DNA of 59,230 nt, filler included, from Platydemus manokwari (lineage: Eukaryota), in assembly GCA_037951405.1 (NCBI GenBank). It is 5 parts of 5 records of this genome, joined end to end, with 100 filler letters (N's around TTAATTAATTAA, not from the genome) between each part and the next. Parts side by side here need not be neighbours in the genome. Positions count along the whole stretch, not along the records: positions 36,591 to 48,559 come from JBBMOY010372223.1; positions 48,660 to 59,230 come from JBBMOY011123219.1; 3 more parts are not named here. One strand, given 5' to 3'. Below the pieces are notes generated by a model. It was not told the DNA's origin, did not search any database, and saw only the letters and a list, made by a program, of their open reading frames with translations. Numbering within the stretch: the first letter of the stretch is position 1; each line of letters begins with the position of its first letter. This document shows positions 39,587 through 53,350 of the stretch, in pieces. The position numbers and the translations under genes are program-made.

Positions 39587-42500
39587 TTTTGTTGATAAGT
39601 TAAATATTTGGATTTCAAGTAAATTTAAACAACAATAATTCTCGAAAATTCTTACTTAAATAATTTAGATCTACTTTAAAGTTATATAACCATACCAGAT
39701 TATTTTCTATCATTAGATTATTATTTTTGAATGAATTTTGACCAAAAATTTGAGTTTCTAGAGTTCGTAATAATTTATTATATTATTTACAGTTTTTAAC
39801 TAAATTATGGATATTAATATTCATAACTATTTATGATTAAAAAGAATGTTAATAATATTTAATAAATTTTATTTAAATTAAATTCATAAATTTGGTGTTT
39901 TATAGTTTATCTTCAAATGTTAAACTTTCCGACCAGCTTGCTTAAATGAGGTGCTAAAATTGAAATTCTCCTAAAATATTTAGAAAATCATTTATATAAA
40001 ATTGAGTAAAAGTACCTTTAATTTAAATCAAAGTTAATCATAGATTATAAACCATAACCCTAATAGAATTTCACTTATCTGAAATAATAAATTGAAATGT
40101 ATCGAAAATTTGATTCTCAATTAGTAATTACCTTTATTGGAATTTTATAATTAAATTTTCATTAAACTAACAAATATTGGATATCGGTTAAAAATTATTA
40201 TAATTATTTCAGTAAAATTAATGTAATTCTAATTTACTTAAATAAGCAATTAATTCTTGAATTTCTAGTTAAAACATGTTTAAAGTAAACTTCGGGCAAT
40301 TATGTCCTTTTGATAGAGAGAATTCATACAAGCTCAAATTGATAAGTTGGGCTTAGATTAGTTTATATTTATTATTGACTTACGTACGCAATTTCTGATA
40401 TAGACATATGTATATTTAACAATAACAATTACAAATGTTCAATTTATTTCACGAAATTTTGTTGAGGTACATGATGCAAAGTTCGAAAACCACAACTCAA
40501 CCGTATAACTCGAATGGAGGCTTTATCAAGTGAGGGAAATTATAATTTATAAGTAAGAAATCGCACACACATATATGTAATTTATACAGAATGTTTTAAT
40601 TGGAAGAAACATATTTATGTGTTACCAGTATTCCGGCTTATACCCATCTCAAAAAATCGTCCATGTTTTGTTTATACAATAAATTGAATAATTTTCTGAA
40701 ATTTCTTCTAAATAACGTCGGTTCGAATGAATACAAGAACTTGATTTTCTATTCAAAATTAAGAACTGATATTAATATATTATTCCTATTATTATTTTAA
40801 TAATATATTAATATCTTTGTAATTGTAACATAACTATTCAGTATATTATCATTTTATTTGTAAATGTTATCATTTATAATTTTTCAAGAGATATTCTTTT
40901 ATTAAATTAGAAAATGATGATCAATAATTGCCTCTTTTTTCTTACGTTGAGAACATCAAATATTCCACCTAATGAATTTTAAATGAAAATGAGTTTATTC
41001 TGAAATAAGAACTAATTAATAGATTTTTATTGACCGGCGAGAATCTGGAATCATTTTCACGACATTAAATTAGTTTATTTCCCATTTGAAGATTAATTGT
41101 AGAACATGTTTAATTGAGAGAAATATCATCATCTATTTTTTTTACTTTATTGAGCCATTATTAATGAGAATTTCTTCTAAAATTCTTTATACTGTTTATA
41201 AAATAATTATGCTTCAATAATTATCTTCAATGGAAATAAAAACAATAAAATATTAATTAAAATTTAAGGTTTCTATTTCAAGTCAGCTAAACCTAAGCTC
41301 CTAATAGAACTAATTGGCTCATCCGATAGCGTGTGTCAAGTTGGATTATCTGATCCAAATTATTCAATTGATATTGATTTTTGGTTTAGAATAATTAAAT
41401 GTTTGAGTTGATCAAATCTACCGCATAGGTATGGCCGATATTCACGCTCACAATCGTCCAATTGGTATTTTTCATTTCTGTTTTATTGTTTTAAAATTCA
41501 GTTATATCACAATTACCACGTTTTTTGAAATTGAAACCATTTTTCATTGTTAATACTGATATCATTTTAATCAATATTAAAGTACGATGTGGGCAAATCA
41601 ATTATCCGGTATTGCTGTTATTTGATACCCTTAGAGCATTCAACGAAGCTTGACTCACACATAGTTTAAAATAGATATATAATCAATAGATTGCTACATT
41701 CCTAGGCGGTCAATGAAATTTGAATATTCAGAAAAATATCTTATTAAACACAGATACTTACCCTAGACAACAACATATTCAACTAACATGATTTCTGAAG
41801 GACATAATTTAATTGGTAGAAGCCATTCGAATAGAAAATAATGAAATAATTTAATTAAAAAAAATAAAATCCTTAAAACAAACTACTTTCATTATTCTAT
41901 TTGAGGGCAAAAAGAGAGTGATTTTTTCATCTCAACGTCATTATATACCAGATTATAAGGTTTGTTTTTATTATTTAGATTGATTAATATTTCAAACTAA
42001 TTTTAAGTTTTTTTTATCTAAAAATATTAATAAGTCGTATTTGTTAAGGATATGATAGATCGAGTAACAATAGTAACCATCGGGATAATCTTCAAAGGAT
42101 TGCTACTTACAAACACGATAACCATGCGTACCAGTGTCGTAACATACATATGACAAATTTTTAACCGAAAGAATATGAGTCATGAAAAAGTCTATCAATG
42201 TGAAAATTTACAAGTATTATCAAATGTACGCAGACATATACGTGATTGATATCATCGCTAATATGTCATTACAAAAATATAATTATATTTATATTCGTGG
42301 AGAAGACAAAATTCTGACTCAAAGTCTTCAAATGCCTTCCGTTTTAAAGAAAGTTGTCCCAAGGTTTTTAAAGATAAGAAAAAATAATTTAGTGGGTTGT
42401 GAGTTAGGATTCAAAAATAGGCAAGGAGATCGACGCAATAAAGCCTTGTTGTTTGGAAGTTAGAGTGGTAGTAAATAAAAGTTGTTATAATAAGTAAGGG

Positions 42501-45500
42501 AGAGGGAAAAATAATTAATGATGACAAAAACATATTCCTTGGAAAATTTAGGATAAAGTCAACACTGAAAGAATAAGAGAAATAAATAATAAATCTAACA
42601 CCCTGTTATAAATATTCCCGCATTTAATACTGAATCGCGACATTTGTCCCATTTAAGCTCCGACTAATACATTTCACAAAGAAGAACTTTCAAAAAAATG
42701 TGTGCCGCCAACTAAAAGTCATAGCTTTTCATTATTTCAATTTTCCTTGGAGATTTTCAATCATCATTGTTCAAAACAAATATAAAATAATAAGCAAAGA
42801 ATACTTCGGTTGAAAGCAAAGGCACCCAAGCATAGCTTTGGTGAACCAGCAAGAACAGAAATATTTCAAAAATATAACTGTAAACTAGTTATCATCTTTT
42901 GATCTTTAAAGAGGTTTTCATCAGGTGTGAAATCAATAAAGAATGTAATAAATTTCTTTTAAATCTAGGTTGGTGAGCGCAAATTGTATGCAGGCTTTAA
43001 GATAACATGTGCGATTTGAATTAATTTGGAAATATCATATAGTCTTAGGACGAAATTAAAATCAATAAAATTATGAGGTTATATATACATACATAGTTCT
43101 GTAGGTTGTCTTCATATCAAGCATTGTATCTATTATCGGTCAGAAGTCTGAAAATGAAATTTAAATTGACCTTAAATGATACTACTACTGAATTCTACAA
43201 GAGCATTTGGCACAATACATTTCTGGTTGTTATGAATATGCAATGATACATGTTTATCAACATCTATTATCGAGATATTAAAAATAAAATGTTTAAGTTT
43301 TTCCCTGATCTTAGTTATGGTTATATTATTAATATTTTGAAATAAATATAAATTCTTCTGGTAATTTTTTCTTCAATTCTGGACTCGAAAAAAGGGAAGA
43401 GTCTGATGATATTTCGATACTTGAAATCGCTAATAATCCAATAGAAGTTAGACAGACTTTTGAATTACCTTCCCAACAAATGGGAAAACCATCGGATAAG
43501 GCTTCCAATGTAACGAATTCGTTTGATAAATGAGAACAGTGTCTCGATTGAATGGGATTATGTGTGGAATTAAACAATTATATTTTCTTCACCAATATTT
43601 CCCCACTCCTCATCCATTAATTATTTAAATACTGATTGGAAAACTTTACATTCAGTCTGTTTCTAATGTAATCCTACAGAGAAACACATTGACAGTTTTC
43701 ATAAAAGCTATCAATTAAACTACTTATGTGACAATCTGCACTGAGCATTCTTTAATAGCTGAACAATATTCCATTGCGAATGTATATTTGTTTGACTGAA
43801 CTTGAAAGATTTTATCAATTTCAAAATTTTATTTTAAACTTGTAACGTATTAGTCATCACAAACACGTGTATACAGTTTATATTTATATAATAATATTTT
43901 GAATATTTTTTCAACAATTTTATCAACAATTTGGCACGTTAGATTCGTCGTTACGCTCAATGTGTGTGTGCCGTTATGAATATAATAAAATAAGTATGAT
44001 TATATGCATTATTAATTGTATATTAATAATAGCTGTTATTGTTATAGGTGATGAAAAAGAAAATGATGCAATAAATTAAAATATTAATACTGAAATTAGT
44101 AATAATAAAATATAATCATAATAATAAAATAGAACAATAATAGTCGATACATATTTTTATTGATTTTTTATAACGATAATGATGTAAATAATAAATTAAA
44201 TAATGATTTAATAATAATATTAATAATAATTATTATTATAATTCCTATTTTTCAGTATATAATTTGTACAGAATAAAATTTCCAACCGACAGCTGATATT
44301 GCTCATTATAACTAAAATTTTCTTTCAACAAATATAAACATATCTCGAAATCTTGTAAAACTATAATTATGAAGAGAAAAAAATAAAATCAACAACGATG
44401 ACAAAGTATGAACCTTTAATGATTTTCACATTACAGACATATTTTCATGTGCGCTATTTGCATCGACAAATTTCTGATGGAAACATGTAAAAAAAACTCC
44501 TAAAATAAGCGCAACTGTGGCTATCGCCACCAAATTCTGCTGCGAACAACTTAAATGTCAGATACTATCGATGAAGTATAATCTCTAACGGTAATTAATA
44601 ATGTTAAAATTGCCCAACCGCACCTTTAATGACCAAATAATATTACACAGCAATAACATCGTGTGATGACAATGTTTCTGTGTGGAAATAAACACGATAA
44701 ATTGTAAATGATAGATGGAATTGAAAATGTGATCAATTCGATAGAACTGAAGATAGTCAGTAAAGGTTTGTAATGATTTTGGGAATTCTCTACGAATATT
44801 TTACATTGCTTAACAAGAATCCTCAATTGACCTCAATGAAACAAGAATGTGGGTAATAATATATTTCTACATAGAACGAGAAAGGTTTCTCTCTGGTATT
44901 ATCAACCAGAAAGTGTTTTATTGACGTTATATTCATCAATTGTTTTTACGAAGAATTATATTGGAAAATAAATTAATTGATTTCAATTTAAAAATTTATT
45001 TTTTTTATTTTTAATAACTTATCATTTATAAATTGTTATTTTTTAATTTTAAATCTCCATTGCTGTCTATTTACATAACAAAATTATAAGACAATGTTGA
45101 TTGCCTCTATATGAAATAGAAAGCCAAAATTTTGGTGGCATAAATTCGAAATAAACAAGTCAAAATGTGCAGTTTGTTGATAGATTGCCACCATGAGTGA
45201 CTGAGTTAAAGATAAATTTTTCTGAATCTATGTCAAATGTGAAGTTAAAATTTCATAAATTATAGGCTTAGCTAAATATAAACATTTTACTAACGTTTAA
45301 ATCAGGTTTTCATATACGATTAGATGAATTAAAACACAAAATACATATCAAATAAAAATCAAACTGGATTTTTGAGAGCTTATTCACATAATTTTAAAAT
45401 TTAATCGCATAAACCGAACCTTCCTTTGCAGTTATTTATATTTATTTCCGGTGTTTGAAGATAATTTTACCAAACTGTCGCATTCAATTAAAATTTAAGC

Positions 45501-48488
45501 GAATTTAATCAATGATTATTAAAAAAAAATCAAACTTAATTGTTTATATATAATCAAAGACTCCAAAATAATAAGTTAGTAATTTCTGCTAATCCAGATT
45601 TCATTATTTTTTAAGAAAGATTTTAAAAATGAAAATTGTTACAAATTTATAATATTTTATGTTACACTACTATCTTTCAAATTGATAATGTTCGGAAAAT
45701 TTTAAAAATTATTTCATTTTTTCAGAAAATTAAATTAAAAAATTAATTTAAATAAAATGAAACATCTTTATTAATGGAAATTTCTTTTATTTGTTTCTTA
45801 AATCATTTTGAATAATAGTGAGGTAATTAATTAATTTTGTTAATAATAAAAAAAAATGTCGACCGTGTTTTAATGATACGTTATAATTTAATTGGTCAGC
45901 CGCGAACTTGCAAATCATATTAGTTTTTCATATAATAGTTATTCAGTTATGAAGTACTTTCAACATTAATTTCTTAAAGGTAAGATAATATTTTTGTTTT
46001 TGAAATGGATCATTTTTATTAATTTGTTCTATTTATTTCTCTTTTCATTGATTTCATTTTGAACAATTGTGGAGACGTTTTTTTAGTTTTGCTTTTTGTC
46101 ATTTGGAAATTTTTTTTGGACTCTGAACTTCATCAGATTTGAAGTTACAACATTTACAACATCGCTGTGTCTTTTATAAGTGGTATATTAGTGGTATATT
46201 CTATGAAATCGTTTTGGTAATGTTCATATTTTGAGATGACTTTTTTCTCAGAAAATTAAATAAAAGTATTTTGCTTAGAAAATTATTTTACGATTTTTTT
46301 CAAATTCGTTTAAATTGTCTTTTTAATCATTCATGAAATTTGTAGACAATTTTTCCTTATTTCAAGATAAAAATAAGATGTAATGAAATTAAATTTGTAG
46401 GTTTAATTATGATAAAATAAAAAAACGCTTTGTATATCGATGATAGATTTCAATCAATCAAATATTATCATATGTATAAAAAAGAATTCTAGGAACTGTC
46501 ATTGAAGATCCTAAATATATCTACACATCTACCTTAACCATATCAACACAGTAATAATCTTCAATAAAAATATTTCATAAAAAGTCTATGTGATCCGTTA
46601 CGCAAATGGTTTCATATTACACTATTTAGTAATCGAAATCATCACAACATCAAGAAGCGATAACAAGATCTGAAATGTGGGTCATTATTAAGAGATTCAT
46701 ACAAAAAAAACAGGGCGTGATTTATCGTTTTGAAGCTGACTCACCACGGGCTAACATCGTCAAAACTATATATGGGGAAGCAGTAAACCGCGAATTATTT
46801 ACACAATTTTCATTAACAAGAAAAACGAGAAATCGAAATCATTTTATTACTGGATATGGGCTAATTTTATGCGTTGAAGATCGGGTCAAGTGAGGGACCG
46901 AATTGTTTGCTTGATCTAAAGTGAAATTAATAACAGCAGGATCGAATAACCGAACTTTTAGGATGTCTAATAGTACTTGCAATATTTTCCTGATAAATTC
47001 AAGTGATAAATCGTTTCCATCATTTTCACAAAAATGATTGTTTCTTTTCATTTTCGGGTTTCCGACGATTTGATAATCAAGATGAACAAAGCTAAACTCA
47101 TTCACGGTTTCGTTATTAAAGATGTTTCGGGAAGTTTATCATCTGTTAATGATTTTTCTGATCTTATTTATATTCGAGAATAATAATTAAATATAATATT
47201 AAAATTATTTATTTATTAAAATTGAATATTTTTCTCTCAATAAAAATGTAAAAAGACAAAAAATAAATTATTTTCACCGAAATAGAGGCTCGAAACCAAT
47301 GCAATACTTATCCGGTACTTACATATAATATTTTCTGAATACTTCAAATCAACGGAATGAGGGGTTTTCTATTTTTACAGGTGCTTTGTATTGTTTGATT
47401 TCTTGTTTGAAAATAATTAACTGATAAAACGAAATATAGAAATTGTAAAACAAAAAATTCTGTAAAAAAATAAAAAAATAAAAAATTATAAAAGCATAAT
47501 AGAATTAGATAAAATAAAAGAGAATTTTCAATGAAAATACAAAACTATAAACGTATCTATAAAATAATTTATAAGCTTTTTAATAAAATATAAAAAAATA
47601 TAAATAACTAATAATATTTTATATTTTCATGTTGAATATATTTTCTGATTTGACATAAAGGGCATAATTTTTCGTTGTTTAAACTCTCTTTATTTCCAAT
47701 GATAAAATAATGAAGAAACCCAAACAAATGTTTTGTTGATTAATTAGCACAAATAAGCAGAATGATTTTTTTTCTCATTTTTTTTCCATAAATTTTCTGA
47801 TAAATAATAATTGGAATCGTTTATTATGAATCCAATGAATAGGAAAATGCTGTGTAAAAATTTGGTGTTTTTCACTTATTGAAATATGATTTCGTAAATA
47901 TTCGTTAGATCATCGGAGTGAGGATGCGATGTTCCGAAATTATCGTATTGATTTCACAGAGAATTATTATTGTGCCAATTCTAGATTTGTTCAATGAGAA
48001 AGTTTCTGATATTATTATTATTATGATTATTATTGGTGTTTTTAAATCGATGATTGGAACAGATTTATTGATATAATTCGAGATTTCGATTTAATGAATT
48101 TATTCCAAAATATTGATTGAACAATATTTCTCATTTTTCATTAACTTGTTCTATTATTCAATATTATAAAGCTATAATAAATGTATAGAATTTATTCGTG
48201 AGCAAGGATCTTGTTTCCAAAGCTTGTTAAATGCCAGGACAGATTATTGAATCATAAATAGATATCAAGATCAAATAATAAGATATGTTTTTAGCTCGTA
48301 TTTATTTGGCTCGGTGAGAATATGAAATCATAAGTTTGTGAACAACAAGTTTGACCCATATTTAAGCTATTTTGAAATGATATTGCGAAGTTAAGGGAAC
48401 CAGGAATATTGTATTTACATTAGTTATTTCAGATGAATTTTACCTTCATCTGACGACCTAATAATAATGAAATAGAATTATTAATAAA

Positions 48489-48559
48489 TACCAGGTTGAG
48501 TCAAAAGTTATTCATGTTTTTATGCAGGTATTTTATTAACACAAATTGTTATAACGCTG
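48489..48559 (+). mobile_element. Probable mariner 5' TIR at a contig end
   Basis: TA followed by CCAGGTTGAGTCAAAAGTTATTCATGTTTT lies about 70 nt before the spacer and resembles mariner left TIRs. No transposase sequence is visible. Confidence 0.4.
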
Positions 48560-48659
48560 NNNNNNNNNNNNNNNNNNNNNNNNNNNNNNNNNNNNNNNNN
48601 NNNTTAATTAATTAANNNNNNNNNNNNNNNNNNNNNNNNNNNNNNNNNNNNNNNNNNNN
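48560..48659. other. Artificial contig-joining spacer N44-TTAATTAATTAA-N44
   Basis: Same 100-nt structure as the spacer at 10343. Confidence 0.97.
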
Positions 48660-49243
48660 TATTTACTAAAAGGTAATGATAACTGCACAACATAGAAATC
48701 AATTACTGTTTCGTAATATCTGATATTTTCAAACCGAATGGAATAATAATTTAGAAGGTTAAATGTAAATATTTATTAATGATCATTTGTAAGGTCAATT
48801 ATTGAGTGCAAATTAGAGTAATTAAAAGTTCAAAATAACATTTACCAGTTATTTCCGGTAACTAAAATAAATAAATAAAACGTTCATACCGTGGCAAGTA
48901 TAAACAAAAATATTAGCCGCTACTATTTTAAAATCCCGCATTAAAAACGGACTGAAAAGCCAAAGCACAGAAAATCTATTTCAATACAAAAATTTATACA
49001 AATAAATTTAATTTTTTATAAATATGATTTTGTATAAAATTAGAATTAAAATTTTAATTTCATTTTAAATATCTCACATACGGGATGCACACAAAAGGGA
49101 TGTACATGATTCAAATAAATATACAACGTGCGAGTTAACTCTTTATTTCCATCAACCAACCAGAAGCTACAACAAAGGTAAAATGCTATTTGTTAAAGTA
49201 ATTAGCATTACAATAAATGTCATTGTTCTGGAGTAGAAATTAT

Positions 49244-49900
49244 TGTCAAGGTCAATTGTATTAATTAGTAAAGTAGTATATTTTAGTGTGATATTAGCCA
49301 GGAGAAGATTCTGAGCTTAAGTATTCAACCTATCAATAACGTAACCTTATTGGGACTTTTGTTCCCACAACATCGATATTTGATGTAAATCATAATAAAA
49401 ATATATCTTAGCGTGCACCAGAATTTGACTAGGAGTCAGATTAGAAAAATAATACCGAGCCGTTATGTTAGAGCTGTTTTAAACTTAACAAAATAATAAT
49501 TTTATTTATATATTTTTTGGCATTTTAGTGTGTTCTATCAAATCAGAAAAATTTCATTCATAACTTATTGAAATATATCAGAGACAAAAATAATTTGGTA
49601 GCCCCAATTTGATTAAATAATTATCGAAACATCAACCTATAACAATAAATGGTAATATTCAAGATTATATGGATTATTATTAACATGAATCTAAACATTA
49701 AAACGAATATTACTCTCTACAATGGAGAACCAAGCAGATTCCATGAGTTCATGGAGAGTATAACTAAATATCTGAAGTATGAAGTACACGGCTTAAAAGA
49801 GGTATAGATAACAAGGAGGTTGCCAATATACTTAACTGGAATGGCTAGGGACAAATACAACAAGATTTTGAATAAAGTAGTACCACTGAAATTGAAATAA
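49244..49900 (+). mobile_element. LTR-retrotransposon 5' fragment: putative LTR, PBS-like TGG and gag pseudogene (49685-49900)
   Basis: MNLNIKTNITLYNGEPSRFHEFMESITKYLKYEVHGLKEV*ITRRLPIYLTGMARDKY has the gag pattern (Y/F)xGxxxxFxEF...LPxYLxGxAxxxY with one in-frame TAG (49805). Upstream is a TGTC...GACA segment followed shortly by TGGTAGCC. The LTR limits are tentative. Confidence 0.6.
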
Positions 49901-50879
49901 TTTTAGAAAGTTTTTGAACTGGCTTTGCTTCCACTCAGCACTACTTACGAAACCGAACTTCCTGCTTTATTACTTAATTAATGTTGAGTATAATAATGAT
50001 ATAATTAATTATAATTGGTGTTTTAACCTTCAAAATCACTTATTACGTGTTTTATATTTTATAAATATCCTCATTATAATATTATTTTATTTATTTATTA
50101 CTTTTTTATTTTAAATTTATTTATTATAGCTTAATCTTTTTTAATCTATTAATATAAAATTATATATATACATATATAATTTTATATTAAAGCATATAAG
50201 AAAGAATGATTAAATTAATCATAATCTTCAAAAGACATTTAACAACACTTCTCTCTTTTAGTTAATTAAAACAAATCTTCTACAATATTGACCAACATCT
50301 GACAATAATAAATAGGCAATTATAGATTTCTATCTTTTCAAAATTCCATCTCCATTGGTAATTGCGTCCAATTTATTTTCATTTTCTATATTTTACGCTG
50401 TACAATTACCTGAATGAGTGCAGATAATTAATTTTGTCGAGAATCTTTAACAAATCCATTATTAGAATGTCGAGCTGTGAAAATCCTTGCTTATTATGAT
50501 TTGAAATATTTTTCCCTATTATTTATTACAAAGATTAATGAAAGTTATTTTCATTCTTTATCATTGTTTTCTAATCCGATCCCAAGGAATATGCAGACTT
50601 GTATCGATTAATTTTCACGGTTAAAAGAAATTAATTGAAATCCTCTGGTATCAATTTGATGGATAAAAGTTCCTTGGATTTATTGTTAAGCTGACTATGG
50701 GATTCTGGAATCGAGACTCGTTTGATTTTAATTGTTGTAGAAATAAAGATGAATTTTCTGAATTAATTTTGTATCGATATGAATTATTCTGATGTTATTA
50801 TATTATCGTACGAAATCGATAACTTAAACCGCTGATTGGCAATTTCATCTGGGCTGGGCTTTATCCATAGCTGCTTGAT

Positions 50880-53350
50880 GAGCTCCTGTTTAGCAATTGT
50901 AGAATGGTCCCAATATTTTTTGTGATGTTTTTAGTTAATAATCGGTCAAAATTGGTTTAAATTTATATTTTCAGAACTATTTTTCCCATTACTGTGGCTA
51001 TCTTATCTTCCTATGTAACTCAGTGGGAATTAATAAGTTTACCCATGATTATCCATCATTGTATTGCGATAATTCATGTAAATTTTAATTAATACAAGAC
51101 GAATCAAGGATGTCATTTAGCACCTTCAACCAATTATTGCGCATAACAACCTAGGAAGGGAACCGGAAAAAAGCTGCCAATTGTATTCATATTAAGGGAC
51201 TCCGAAATTGCAAACAGTAAATGAATAATGAAATTTCCTCAATATCTAATTACAACTAAATTGATATGCTATTTTCGATTTTTTGACGATTTTCGGTGAA
51301 GGGTTATATTTTAATTTCTTGATAATGTGTCTCCTGTCAAGACCATAGAGATAAATCAAAGACTGCTTAATATTTTACATTTCTTTTAATGGTGTAAATC
51401 TAAAAATTTTATTCAAGAATTACAATAAAATTAATATGGAAATTAAACAGCAAAAATATCTTTTAAAGTGGTGAAATAATTTCGAAACAGACAGTGATGA
51501 TATAAATGTAAATTTTGAGGGCTGTAAAGAGTATCGATAGATAACTTTTTGTTTAAATATATCAATATATTGAAGATACGATACAATATCAGACAATTCC
51601 AGTACAAAAACCGTTTTGTATACATCTTTTGGATACAAGTAATATCAAACTATTGTGTTGTACCTTAACTCCAACTGTTCTGACTCCAGTTTTAGTAACA
51701 AAGCCATGACTATAAAATTATAAAATTCACAATTATATAACTCATACAAAAATAAAAGGTTATTAATAACGATTAAATTGAAACAATAATATATTTGTGA
51801 CCTATTGTATGAGTTATTGTGAGCACCATTGTTACGTAAGAAGTCAGGCTACGGTTTGAAATATAAAAGCGCGTTAATACTCAATATTATGGTTACGATC
51901 TAGTGGAGACGAAGAAGATCAGATTAGTTTAATATTTTCTGCCAAGATTCCAATCAAGCCCAACTCAAAGCTATACATGGATAGTCAGATATTTGATCTG
52001 CAAAATCATTGGTAATCTACAACGTCAACCGTATATTCCTCCTGTCTATATGGTTGATCCCAAATATCTTGAAAGCTGGTTTAATTCCTCTTGGGAGTAT
52101 TCAAGTATTTTAAACTACTGTATTCATAATTGGTGTATGTTTGTAACTGGTGTCCTAGCAATAAAAGTGTATTCGGAACATAATAGCGTTTCGATATAAC
52201 AACTCGAAGGTGCCATAAGGACTCACATAATTTCAGAAAATATAATCAGTTTTAGAATCATTTCATTACCTTTTGGTAAGATGCAGTCAGGGCATTTTAG
52301 GATCCCACATCCAGTAATTAATTATAAATTTAATAAAGCAGTATCTATGGCCACTCATCCCGTCTCTGTAAAGTTGATTGGGCTAAGGAATAACATAGAA
52401 TTCGATTAATTACAACCCGAGAGTCATTAGAACTTCAAAATACTGATGAAACTGCAATAATAGAAAGTTATAGACCCCAAACGCAACATGTTAATGACGA
52501 TCTGGGTTGCAATGAAATAGATTATGGCTGCTAAATATTTATATCAGTAGAGAATGCAGTACAATAAATCGTGTGACAATCTTTTGTTCGAAAACAGGTC
52601 ATTAAAATTTAAATGCTCCTTTAGTGACATCTTATAGGTTGATAAAAAATTTCAAAAATTGGCAGTCATTGGACCCTTTAATTTAGGGAATATAATACCG
52701 AAGAACTGTGATGTTGTTTAATATATTGATTGATTGTTATGTTGATGAATTGGAATGAATTGATAAAACCCCTTCTGTGAATTAATGAAATAACTAAATT
52801 TCCAATCAATAATTTTACCAAATAAACCACATTATGAATGAAAGCATATTAGAAATTTAACATTTGAATGGCATAATTTATTCGAAATCTCTTACATATC
52901 GATTAAATTAGTTTCACAATGAATTTGTGCTTGAATATTAGTTCGCCTTCCGGTCATTCCGCCACCAATGATCTGCAAATGTTTATCAAACTATATCGAG
53001 TGAACTTCGGAAAACTTTAACCTTTCAAAGTTTGTTTAAGATTTGTAATATTAATTAATTTATATTTTTAGATTCATGTCAAGAGAGGTCTGAGTTTGTA
53101 CCTGCCCATAAATTATGATTTTCCAACTCGTTTACAATTGTTGATGATTATATTCTTTCCTGTAGTTTTTCATTAAGTAGATCTAAAATTAACTTTCAAA
53201 ACAAGGTCATAAGGAGCTTTATAAGTGAAAAGCTTATTTATAAATACAGGCGAGAATTTCTTGTAAAAATCAATATTTTACTTGTTGGCATAATTTGTAA
53301 ATCAGAGCTGATCGATAATAATATGGTTTTGTCGCATAATCTCGCACTAA
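50880..53350 (-). mobile_element. Highly decayed Ty3/Gypsy LTR-retrotransposon pol (PR?-RT-RNaseH-INT order)
   Basis: Collinear motif remnants on the minus strand: VSPYGTFE (about 52204-52226, RT TPxGxFE), RYLGSTI*TGGI (about 52034-52069), LGLIG...SPL (about 51900-51963), VLELSDIVSYLQ followed by frameshifted YLNKKLSIDTLYSP (RNase H, about 51520-51606), and GPF (50902-50910). There are many stops and frameshifts. Confidence 0.6.

Noticed and set aside
43333-43533. Protein-like plus-strand frame (SGLEKREESDDISILE...)
   Set aside because: It has no plausible start codon or clean in-frame acceptor, and no recognisable homology.
46675-47105. Overlapping 72-aa (+) and 88-aa (-) ORFs
   Set aside because: They show no domain or splice support, and their lengths are compatible with chance or decayed repeat sequence.
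10387-48615. Regularly recurring TTAATTAATTAA palindrome as a biological repeat or CRISPR-like element
   Set aside because: It is always centred in exactly 44+44 Ns, so it is an assembly linker.
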